Assembly: GCA_964036045.1 (NCBI GenBank)
Contig: OZ038378.1
Location: forward strand, 119,102,001 to 119,166,000
From: Eutreptiella sp. 'Long Island Sound 2002'
Lineage: Eukaryota; Protista; Euglenida
DNA: 64,000 bases
Reading direction: 5' to 3'
Below, piece by piece: positions 10,801 to 21,800 of the stretch. How positions within the stretch are numbered: the first letter of the stretch is position 1; each line of letters begins with the position of its first letter. The notes under the pieces were generated by a model that was not told where the DNA came from, did not search any database, and saw nothing but the letters and a program-made list of their open reading frames with translations. The translations under genes and the position numbers were made by a program.

Positions 10801-13800
10801 CCCCCTCGCCCCCGCGGCGGGGGCCTCAGTGGACCCAAAGCGGAAGAAGCCCCCTCGCCCATGCACCGGGGGGCCTCGGCAGTCCCAAAGCAGGAGAGGC
10901 CCCCTCGCCCATGAGGCGGAGGCCTAAGTGATCCCAAAGGGAAGGAGGCCCCCTCTCTCATGGTGGGGGCCCCGGTGGTCCCAAAGCAGAAGAGGCCTCC
11001 GCGCTCATGCAGTGGAGGCCCCGGTGGTCCCCAAGCGAAGGAGTCCCCCTCGCCCATGCGGTGGGGGGCTCGGTGGTCCCAAAGCGAAGGAGGCCCCCTC
11101 GCCCATGCGGCGGGGCCTCAATGGTCCCAAAGCAGGAGAGGCCCCCTCGCCCATGCGGGGGGGGCTTCAGTGGTTCCAAAGCGAATGAGGCCCCCTCGCC
11201 CATGCGGGGGGGGCCCGTGGTCCCAAAGCGGAAGAGGCCCCCTCGCCCATGCGGCGGGGGCCTCAGTGGTTCCAAGGCGAAAGAGGCCCCCTCGCCCATG
11301 CGGCCGGCGCCTCTGTGGTCCCGTAGCCGAAGAGGCCCCCTCGCCCCCGCGGCGGGGGCCTCAGTGGACCCAAAGCGGAAGAGGCCCCCTCACCCATGCG
11401 GCAGGGGCCTCGGCGGTCCCAAAGCAAGAGGGACCCCTCGCCCTTGCGGCTGGGGCCCCGGTGGTCCCCAAGCGAAGGAGGCCCCCTCGCCCATGCGGCG
11501 GGGGCCTCGGTGGTCTCAAAGCGAAGGAGGCCCCCTCTGCCTTGGTGGGGGGCCCGGTGGTGCCAAAGCGGAAGAGGCCTCCATGCTCATGCAGTGGGGG
11601 GCTTGGTGGTCCCAAAGCGAAGGAGGCCCCCTCACCCATGCGGGGGGCGCCTCCGTGGTCCCAAAGCGGGAGAGGCCCCTGCGTCCATGCGGCGGGGGCC
11701 TCAATGGTCCCAAAACGGAGGAGGCCCTCCCGGCCCATGCGGCGGGGGCCTCGGTGGTCCCAAAGCGAAGGAGAGGCCACCTCGCCCATGCTGCGGGGGC
11801 CTCAGTGGACCCAAAGCGGAAGTGGCCCCCTCAAAATGCAGCGGACGCCTCGGTGCACCCAAAGCGGAAGAGGCCCCCTCCCCCTTGCGGCTGGGGCTTC
11901 AGTGGACCCAAAGCGAAGGAGGCCCCCTCGCCCATGCGGCAGCGGCCTCGGCGGTCCCAAAGCAGGAGAGGCCCGCTGTCTCATGGTGGGGGGCCTGGTG
12001 GTCCCAAAGCGGAAGAGGCCTCCACGCTCATGCAGTGGGGGGCTCGGTGGTCCCAAAGCGAAGGAGGCCCCCTCACCCATGCGGGCGGCGCCTCCGTGGT
12101 CCCAAAGCGGGAGAGGCCCCTGCGTCCATGCGGCGGGGGCCTCAATGGTCCCAAAACGGAGGAGGCCCTCCCGGCCCATGCGGCGGTGGCCTTGGTGGTC
12201 TCAAAGCGGAAGAGGACCCCTCGCCCATGCGGCGCGGGCCTTGGTGGTCCAAAAGCGAAGGAGAGGCCACCTCGCCCATGCAGCGGGGGCCTGAGTGGAC
12301 CCAAAGCGGAGGAGGCCCCCTCAAAATGCAGCGGACGCCTTGGTGGACCCAAAGCGGAAGAGGCCCCCTCGCCCATGCGGCAGGGGCCTCGGCGGTCCTG
12401 AAGCAGGAGACACCCCCTCGCCCATGCGGCGGGGGCCTCGGTGGTCTCAAAGCAGGAGAGGCCCCCTCTCTCATGCAGTGGGGGGCTCGGTGGTCCCAAA
12501 GCGAAGGAGGCCCCCTCGCCCATGCGGGGGGCGCCTCCGTGGTCCCAAAGCGGGAGAGGCCCCTGCGTCCATGCGGCGGGGGCCTCAATGGTCCCAAAAC
12601 GCAGGAGGCCCTCCCGGCCCATGCGGCGGGGGCCTTGGTGGTCTCAAAGCGGAGGAGGCCCCCTCGCCCCCGCGGCGGGGACCTCAGTGGACCCAAAGCG
12701 GAAGACGCCCCCTCGCCCATGCGCCAGGGGCCTCGGCGGTCCCAAGGCAGGAGAGGCCCCCTTGCCCATGAGGCGGCGGCCTCAGTGATCCCAGAGCGAA
12801 AGGGGCCCCCTCTCTCATGGTGGGGGCCCCGGTGGTCCCAAAGCACAAGAGGCCTCCGCGCTAATGTAGTGGAGGCCCCGTTGGTCCCCAAGCGAAGGAG
12901 GCCCCCTCGCCCATGCAGTGGGGGGCTCGGTGGTCCCAAAGCGAAGGAGGCCCCCTCACCCATGCGGTAGGGGCCTCGTTGGTCCCAAAGCGAAGAAGGC
13001 CCCCCTCGCCCCCTACGGCCAGGGCCCCGGTGACCCCAAGCGAAGGAGACCCCTCGCCCATGCGGGGGGGGGGCCGGTGGTCCCAAAGCAGGAGAGGCCC
13101 CCTCGCCCATGCGGCGCAGGCCTCAGTGATCCCAAAGCGAAGGAGGCCCCCTCACCCATGCGGCGGACACCTCCGTGGTCCCGTAGCCGAAGAGGCCCCC
13201 TCGCCCCCGCAGCGGGGGCCTCAGTGGTCCCAAAGCGGGAGACGCTCCCTCGCCCATGCGGCAGGGGCCTCGGCGGTCCCAAAGCAAGAGAGGCCGCCTC
13301 GCCCTTGCGGCTGGGGCCCCGGTGGTCGCCAAGCGAAGGAGGCCCCCTCGCCCATGCGGCGGGGGCCTCGGTGGTCTCAAAGCGAAAGAGGCCCCCTCTC
13401 TCATGGTGGGGGGCCCGGTGGTCTCAAAGCAGAGGAGGCCCCCTCTCTCATGCAGTGGGGGGCTCGGTGGTCCCAAAGCGAAGGAGGCCCCCTCGCCCAT
13501 GCGGGGGGCGCCTCCGTGGTCCCAAAGCGGGAGAGGCCCCTGTGTCCATGCGGCGGGGGCCTCAATGGTCCCAAAACGGAGGAGGCCCTCCCGGCCCATG
13601 CGGCAGGGGCCTCGATGGTCTCAAAGCGAAGGAGGCCACCTCGCCCATGAACCGGGGGCGTGAGTGGACTCAAAGCGGAAGAGGACCCCTCAAAATGCGG
13701 CGGACGCCTCGGTGGACCCAAAGCGGAAGAGGCCCCCTCACCCACGCGGCGGGGTCTCGGTGGACCCCAAGCGGAAGAGGCCCCCTCGCCCATGCGGCAG

Positions 13801-15850
13801 GGGCCTCGGCGGTGCCAAAGCGAAGGAGGCCCCCTCGCCCATGCGGCGGGGGTCCCGGTGGTCTCAAAGCGAAGGAGGCCCCCTCGCCCATGCAGCGGGG
13901 GCCGATGGTCCCAAAGCGGAAGAGGCCTCCTCGCTCATGCAGTGGGGGGCTCGGTGGTCCCAAAGCGAAGGAGGCCCCCTCGCCCATGCGGGGGGCGCCT
14001 CCGCGGTCCCAAAGCGGGAGAGGCCCTTGCGTCCATGCGGCGGGGGCCTCAATGGTCCCAAAACGGAGGAGGCCCTCCCGGCCCATGCGGCGGGGCCTTG
14101 GTGGTCTCAAAGCGGAAGAGGACCCCTCGCCCCCCCGGCGGAGGCCTTGGTGGTCCAAAAGCGAAGGAGAGGCCACCTCGCCCATGCGGCGGGGGCCTGA
14201 GTGGACCCAAAGCGGAAGAGGCCCCCTCACCACGCAGCGGACGCCTCGGTGGACCCAAAGCGGAGGAGGCCCCCTCGCCCATGCGGCGGGGGCCTCAGTG
14301 GACCCAAAGCGGAAGAAGCCCCCTCGCCCATGCGCCAGGGGCCTCGGCGGTCCCAAAGCAGGAAAGGCCCCCTCGCCCATGAGGCGGAGGCCTCTGTGAT
14401 CCCAAAGCAAAGGAGGCCCCCTCTCTCATGGTGGGGGCCCCGGTGGTCCCAAAGCAGAAGAGGCCTCCGCGCTCATGCCGTGGAGGCCCGGATGATCCCA
14501 AAGGCCACCTCGCCCAAGCAGCGGGGGCCTGAGTGGACCCAAAGCGGAAGAGGCCCCCTCAAAATGCGGCGGACGCCTCGGTGGACCCAAAGTGGAAGAG
14601 GCCCCCTCGCCCCCGCGGTGGGGACCTCAGTGGACCCAAAGCGGAAGAGGCCCCCTCACCCATGCGGCAAGGGCCTCGGCGGTCCCAAAGCAAGAGAGGC
14701 CCCCTCGCCCATGCGGCGGGGGCCCCGGTGGTCCCCAAGCGAAGGAGGCCCCCTCGCCCATGCGGCGGGGGTCCCGGTGGTCTCAAAGCGAAGGAGGCCC
14801 CCTCGCCCATGCAGCGGGGGCCCGGTGGTCCCAAAGCGGAAGAGGCCTCCACGCTCATGCAGTGGGGGGCTCGGTGGTCCCAAAGCGAAGGAGGCCCCCT
14901 CACCCATGCGGGGGGCGCCTCCGCGGTCCCAAAGCGGGAGAGGCCCCTGCGTCCATGCGGCGGGGGCCTCAATGGTCCCAAAACAGAGGAGGCCCTCCCG
15001 GCCCATGCGGCGGAGGCCTTGGTGGTCTCAAAGCGGAAGAGGACCCCTCGCCCCCCCGGCGGGGGCCTTGGTGGTCCAAAAGCGAAGGAGGCCACCTCGC
15101 CCATGCAGCGGGGGCCTGAGTGGACCCAAAGCGAACGAGGCCCCCTCAAAATGCATCAGAAGACTCGGTGGACCCAAAGCGGAAGAGGGCCCCTCACCCA
15201 CGCGGCGGGGGCCTCAGTGGACCCAAAGCGGAAGAGACCCCCTCGCCCGTGCGGCACGGGCCTCGGCGGTCCCAAAGCAGGAGAGGCCCCCTCTGTCATG
15301 GTGGGGGCCCCGGTGGTCCCAAAGCGGAAGAAGGCTCCGCGCTCATGCAGTGGAGGCCCCGGTGGTCCCCAAGCGAAGGAGGCCCCCTCGCCCATGCGGT
15401 GGGGGCCCCGGTGGTCCCAAAGCGAAGGAGGCCCCCTCGCTCATGCGCTGGGAGCCTCGGTGGTCCCAAAGCGGAAGAGGACCCCTCGCCCATGCGGCGG
15501 GCGCCTTGGTGGTCGCAAAGCAAGGCAGCCCCCACGCCCATGCGGTGGGGGCCACGGTCTCCCAATGCGGAAGGCGCCCCGTCGCCCATGCGGTTGGGGT
15601 CCCGGCGGTCCCAAGGTGAACGGGGCCCCCTCGCCAATGCATGGAGGGCTCCGATGTTCCCAAAAAGAAGGAGGCCCCTGCGCCCATGCGAAGGGGGCCC
15701 CGGTGGTCACAATGCGGAGGCGCCCCGCCGCCCATGCGGTGGGGGCCCCGGCGATGCCAAGGTGGAGGAGGCCCCCTCGCCCATGCGAAGGGGGCCTCGG
15801 TGGTCACAAAGGGGGTGCGCCCCCCGCGCCCCTGCGGTGGGGCCCCCCTG
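4870..15850 (+). repeat. Satellite A: ~49-bp GC-rich tandem array (~220 units), consensus GGTGGTCCCAAAGCGGAAGAGGCCCCCTCGCCCATGCGGCGGGGGCCTC
   Basis: CCCAAAG recurs at 49-bp spacing (e.g. 5224, 5273). Variant units recur in ordered blocks. All units are in one orientation. Confidence 0.97.
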
Positions 15851-15859
15851 AACCCAGAT

Positions 15860-18800
15860 CGCCGTGGGGCTGGGCCCCTGAACTCGCCTAGGGGCGGGCC
15901 CCCTAAAACCGCCGCAGGGCTGGGCCCCCGGAACTTGCCGTGGGGTTGGGCCCCTAAAGTCGCCGTGGGGCCGGGCCCTAACATCGCCGTAGGGCTAGGT
16001 CCCTAAAATCGCTGTGGGGGTGGGCCCCTTAAGTCGCCGTGGGGCTGAGCCCCTGAAATCGCCGTGAGGCTGGGCCCCTAAAATCGCCATGGGGCTAGGC
16101 CCCTGAGGTCGCCATGCGGCTGGGCCGCCGGTATTCGCCGTGGGGCTGGGCCCCTAAAATCACCCTGGGCTGAGCCCCTCAAATCGCCCTGGGGCTGGGC
16201 CCCTGAAATCGCCGTGGGGCGGGGCCTATGAAATCACTGTGAGGTTGGGCCCCCGGAAACGCCTAGGGGCCTCACCCCTGAGGTCACCGGGGGGCCTGGG
16301 CCGTTGAAATCGCCGTGGGGCTGGGCCCATGAAATCACTGTGGGGCTAGGCCCCCGGAAACGCCTTGGGGCTGGGCCCCTGAAGTCGCTGTGGGGCTGAG
16401 CCCCTGAACTCGCTGTGGGGATGGGCCCATGAAATCGCTATGGGGCTGGGCCCCCGGACACACCATGGGGCTGGTCCCCTCAAATCGCTGTGGGGCTGGG
16501 TCCCACAGAGCCTCGGGGGGCTGGGCACCTCAAAACCTTGTGGGGCTGGACCCCTGAAATCACTGTGGGGCTGAGCCCCCGAATTCGCCGCGGGGATGGG
16601 GCCCTAAGGTGGCCGTGGAGCTGGGCCCTAGAAACCCCCGTGGACCTGGACCCAAGCACTTGCCGTAAGATTAGAACCCTGCAATCGCCGTTGGGCTGTA
16701 CCCCGGAATTCGCCGTGGGGCTGGGCCCCATAATTCGACACGGGGCTGGGCCCCTGAAGTCGCTATGGGGCTCGGCCCCTGAAATCGACATGGGGCTGAG
16801 CCCCTGAAATCGCCGTGGCGTTGGGCCCCCGGTATTCGACGTGAGGATGGGCCCCTGAAATCGCCGTGGGGCTAGGCCCCTGCAGTCGCCGTGGGGCTTG
16901 GCCCATGCAGTCGGCGTGGGGCTTGGCCCATGAAATCGCCATAGGGCGGGGCCCCCGGTATTCGCCGTGGGGCTGGGCCCGAGAAATCGCCGTGAGGCTG
17001 GGCCCCTGAAATCGCCATGCGGCGGGGCCCCTGAAATCGACACGGCGCTGGGCCCCGAAATCGCCGTGGGGCTGGGCCCCTAAAGTCGCCGTGGGGATGG
17101 GCCCGCGGAATTCGCCATGGGGCTGGGCCCATAAAATCTCCGTGAGGCTGGGCCCCTGAAGTCACCGTGGGGCTGGGGCACTGCAGTCGCCGTGGGGCTT
17201 GGCCCATGAAATTTCGTGGGGCTCGGGCCCCAGGTATTCGCCGTGGGGCTTGGCTCCAAAAATTGCCGTGAGGCTGGGCCCCTAAAGTCGCCGTGCGGCT
17301 GGGCCCCTTAAATCGCCCCGGGGCTGGGCCCTTGAAGTCGACTGTGGGGCTGGGCCCTTGAAATGGACACGGGGCTGGGCCCCTGAAACTGCCTTGGGGC
17401 TAGGCCGCTAAAGTCACCGTGGGGCTGGGCCCCTGAAATCGCCGTGAGGCTGGGCCCCTGAAGTCGCAGTGGGGGTAGGCCGCTCAAGTCGCCGTGGGGT
17501 TGGACCCCTAAAATCGCCGTGAGGCTGGGCCCGTGAAGTTGCCGTGGGGCTGGGCCATTGAAATCGACACGGGGCTGGGCCCCAGAAAGCGCCGTGGGGC
17601 TAGGCTGCCGGTGTTCGGCGTGGGGCTGTGGCGCCGAACTTGCCGTGGTGCTGGGCCCTTGAAATCGCCGTGGGGTTGGGCCCCTGAAGTCGCCATGGGG
17701 CTGGGCCCCTGAAGTCGCCGTGGGGCTGGGCCTTTGAAGTCGCCATGAGGCTGGGCCCCTGAAGTTGCCGTGGAGCGGGGCCCCTGAAATCGCCGTGGGG
17801 TTGGGGCCCTAAAGTCCATGTGGGGCTTGGCCCCTGAAATCTACACGGGGCGGGGCCCCTGAAATCGCCGTGGGGCTGGGCCCCTGAAGTCGCCGTGGGG
17901 CTGGGCCCCTGAAGTCGCCGTGGGGCTGGGCCCCTGAAGTCGCCGTGGGGTTGGGGCCCTAAAGTCCATGTGGGGCTTGGTCCCTGAAATCTACACCGGG
18001 CTGAGGCCCCTGAAATTGGCGTGGGGCTGGGCCCCCCGTGTTCGGCGTGGGCCTCGGCCCCTAAAATCGCCGTGGGGCTGGGCCGCTGTAGTCACGTGGG
18101 GCCTGGGCCCTGAAGTCGGCGTGGGGCTTGGCCCATGAAATCGCCATAGGGCGGGGCCCCCAGTAATCGCCGTGGGGCCGAGCCCCAGAAATCACCGTGA
18201 GGCTAAGCCCGTGAAGTCGCCGTGGGGTTGGGCCCCTAAAATCGCCGTGGGGCTGGGCCCATGAAGTCGCCGTGGGGCTAGGCCCCTGAAATCGACACGG
18301 GACTGGGCCCCTGAAATCTACACGGGGCTGGGCCCCCGGTATTCGCCGTGGGACTGGGCCTTGATATCAACACGGGGCTGGGCCCCTGAAATTGCCGTGG
18401 GGCTAGGCCCCTGAGACCGCCGTGAGGCTGGGCCCCTGAAGTCACCGTTGGGTTGGGCCCCTGAAATCGTCACGGGGCTAGAAATGGGGCTAGGCCGCTG
18501 AAGTCGTTGTGGGGCCGGGGCCGTGAAGTCGCTGTGGGGCTTGGCCCCTGAAATCGCCATGGGGCTTGGGCCCCAATATTCAACGTGGAGTTGGGCCCTA
18601 GAAATCGCCGTGAGGGTGGGCCCGTGAAATGGACAAGGGGCTCGGCCCCTGCAATCGCCGTGGGAGGGGGCCCCTAAAATCCCCAGAAGGCTGAGCCGTG
18701 AAGTCGCCGTGGGGCTGGGCCCCTAAAATGGACACGGGGCTAGGCCCCTGAAGTCGCCGTGGGGCTGGGCCCCTGAAATGGGCACGGGGCTGGGCCCTTG

Positions 18801-21800
18801 AAATCGCCCCGGGGCTAAGCCCCTGAAGTCGCTGTGGGGCTGGGCCCTTGAAATCGATACAGGACAGGGCCCATGAATTCGCCATGGGCTTGGGCCCGTG
18901 AAACCGCCGTGAGGCTAGGCCCCTCAAAACGCCGTGGGGCTGGGCCCCTGAAACCGCCGTGAGGCTGGGCCATTGAAGTCGCCGTGGTGCTGGGCCCCTG
19001 AAATGGACACGGGGCTGGGCCCTTGAAATCGCCGTGGGGCTGGGACCCAGGTATTCGGCATGGGGTTGGTCCCCTGAAATCGCCGTGGGGCTAGGCCGTT
19101 GAATTCGCCGTGGGGCTTGGCCCATGAAATTGACACGGGGCTGGGCCCTTGAAATCGCCGTGGGGCTGGGCCCCAGGTATTCGGCATGGGGCTGGGCCCC
19201 TCAAATCTTTGTGGGACTAGGCCGTTGAAGTCGCCGTGGGGCTTGGCCCATGAAATCGCCATGGGGCTCGGGCCCCGGTATTCGCCGTGGAGTTGGGCGC
19301 GAGGAATCGCCGTGAGGCTGGGCCCGTGAAGTTGCCGTGGGGCTGGGCCCCTGTAATCGACACGGGGCTAGGCACCTGAAGTCGCAGTGGGAGTGGGCCC
19401 CTTAAATCCCAAGGGGGCTGGGCCCTGAAGTGGCCGTGGCGCTGGGCCCCTGAAGTCGCCGTGGGGCTAGGCCCCTGAAAGCGCCGTGAGGCTGGGCCCG
19501 TGAAGTCGCCGTGGGGCTGGGCCGCTAAAATGGCCGTTGGGCTGGGTCCCTGAAAGCGCCGTGAGGCTGGGCCCCTGAAGTCGCCGTGGGGCGGGGTCCT
19601 TGAAATCGCCGTGGTGCTGGGCCCCTGAAAACGCCGTGGGGTTGGGCCCCTGAAGTCGCCGTGGGGCTGGGCCCCTGAAGTCGCCGTGGGGTTGGGGCCC
19701 TAAAGTCCACGTGGGGCTTGGCCGCTGGAATCTACACGGGGCTGGGCCCCTGAAATTGGCGCGGGGCCAGGCCCCCAGTGTTCGGCGTGGGCCTAGGCCC
19801 CTAAAATCGCCGTGGGGCTGGGCCGCTGTAGTCACGTGGGGCCTGGGCCCTGAAGTCACCGTGGGGCTGGGCCGTTGTAGTCACGTGGGGCCTGGGCCCT
19901 GAAGTCGCCGTGGGGCTGGGCCGCTGTAGTCACGTGGGGCCTGGGCCCTGAAGTCGCCGTGGGGCTTGGCCCATGAAATCGCCGTGGGGCGGGGCCCCCG
20001 GTATTCGCCGTGGGGCTGAGCCCCGGAAATCGCCGTGAGGCTAAGCCTGTGAAGTTGACGTGGGGCCGGGCCCTTGAAATCGCCGTGGGGCAGGGCCCCT
20101 GAAGTCGCCGTTGGGCTAGGCCCCTGAAATCGACACGGGGCTGGGCCCTTGAAATCGACACGGGGCTGGGCCCCTAAAATCAACACGGGGCTCGGCCCCC
20201 GGTATTTGCCGTGGGACAGGGCCTTGAAATCGACACGGGGCTCGGGACCTGAAATTGCCGTGGGGCTGGGCCCCTAAAACCGCCGTGAGGCTGGGCCCCT
20301 GAAGTCGCCGTGGGGCTGGGCCCTGAAATCGATACGGGCTGGGCCCCCGAAATCGTTGTGGGCCGGGGCCCCGGTGTTCCGCATGGGGCTAGGCCGGTAA
20401 AACAACGCCGTGGGGCCGGGGCCGTGACGTCGCCGTGGGGCTTGGCCCATGAAATCACCATTGGGCTTGGGCCCCCGGTATTCGCCGTGGGGTTGGGCCG
20501 CAAAAATCGCCCTGAGGCTGGGCCCGTGAAGTCACCGTGGGGCTGGGCCCCTAAAATCAACAACGGGCTGGGCCCCTGAAGTCGCCGTGGGGCTGGGCCC
20601 TGAAATCGCCATGGGGCTAGGCTTCTAAATTCGCTGTGGTGCTGGGCCCCTGAAATCGACACGGGGCTGGGCCCTTGAAATCGCCTTGGGGCTAGGCCCC
20701 CGGTGTTTGGCATGAGGCAGGGCCCCCGGTATTCGGCATGGGGCTTGGGCCCTTAATTCGCCGTGGGGCTAGGCCGCTGAAGTGGCCGTCGGGCCGGGGC
20801 CCTGAAGTCGCCGTGGGGCTTGGCCCATGAAATCGCCATGGGGCTAGGCCGCTAAAATGGCCGTTGGGCTGGGCCCCTGAAGTCGCCGTGGGGCGGGGCC
20901 CCTGAAATCGCCGTGGGGCTGGGCCCCTGAAAACGCCGTGGGGTTGGACCCTTGAAGTCGCCGTGGGGCTGGGCCCCTGAAGTCGCCGTGGGGTTGGGGC
21001 CCTAAAGTCCATGTGGGGCTTGGCCCCTGAAATCTACACGGGGCTGGGGACCTGAAATTGACATAGGGCTGGGCCCCCGATGTTCAGCGTGGGCCTAGGC
21101 CGCTAAAATCGCCGTGGGGCTGGGCCGCTGTAGTCACGTGGGGCCTGGGCCCTGAAGTCGCCGTGGGGCTTGGCCCATGAAATCGCCGTGGGGCCGGGCC
21201 CCCGGTATTCGCCGTGGGGCTGAGCCCCAGAGATCGCCGTGAGGCTAAGCCCGTGAAGTCGCCGTGAGGTTGGGCCCCTGAAATCACCCCGGGGCGGGGC
21301 CCCTGAAATCGCCGTGGGGGTGGGCCGTTGAAGTCGCCGTGGGGCTGGGCCCCTGAAGTCGCCGTGGGGCTGGGCCCCTGAAGTCGCCGTGGAGTTGGGG
21401 CCCTAAAGTCCATGTAGGGCTTGGCCCCTGAAATCTACACGGGGCTGGGCCCCAGAAATTGATGTGGGGCTGGGTCGTTGTAGTCACGTGGGGCCTGGGC
21501 CCATGAAATCGCCGTGGGGCGGGGCCCCCGGTATTCGCCGTGGGGCCGAGCCCCAGAGATCGCCGTGAGGCTAAGCCCGTGAAGTTGACGTGGGGCTGTG
21601 CCCTTGAAATCGCCGTGGGGCTGGGCCCATGAAGTAGCCGTGGGGCTAGGCCCCTGAAATTGACACGGGGCTGGGCCCTTGAAATCGACACGGGGCTGGG
21701 CCCCTGAAATCGACACGGGGCTGGGCCCCCGGTATTTGCCGTGAGACTGGGCCTTGAAATTGACACGGGGCTCGGCCCCTGAAATTGCCGCGGGGCTGGG

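Noticed and set aside
4870-15850. CRISPR-like appearance (regularly spaced palindromic repeats)
   Set aside because: The intervening sequences are themselves repeated rather than unique spacers, there are no cas genes, and the context is eukaryotic.
4877-15891. Long Arg/Pro/Gly-rich ORFs (up to 672 aa) with repeated NLS-like PKRKRP
   Set aside because: They are translations of a stop-poor 49-bp GC-rich repeat. The same peptide appears in all three frames, ORFs overlap on both strands, and there is no unique domain.
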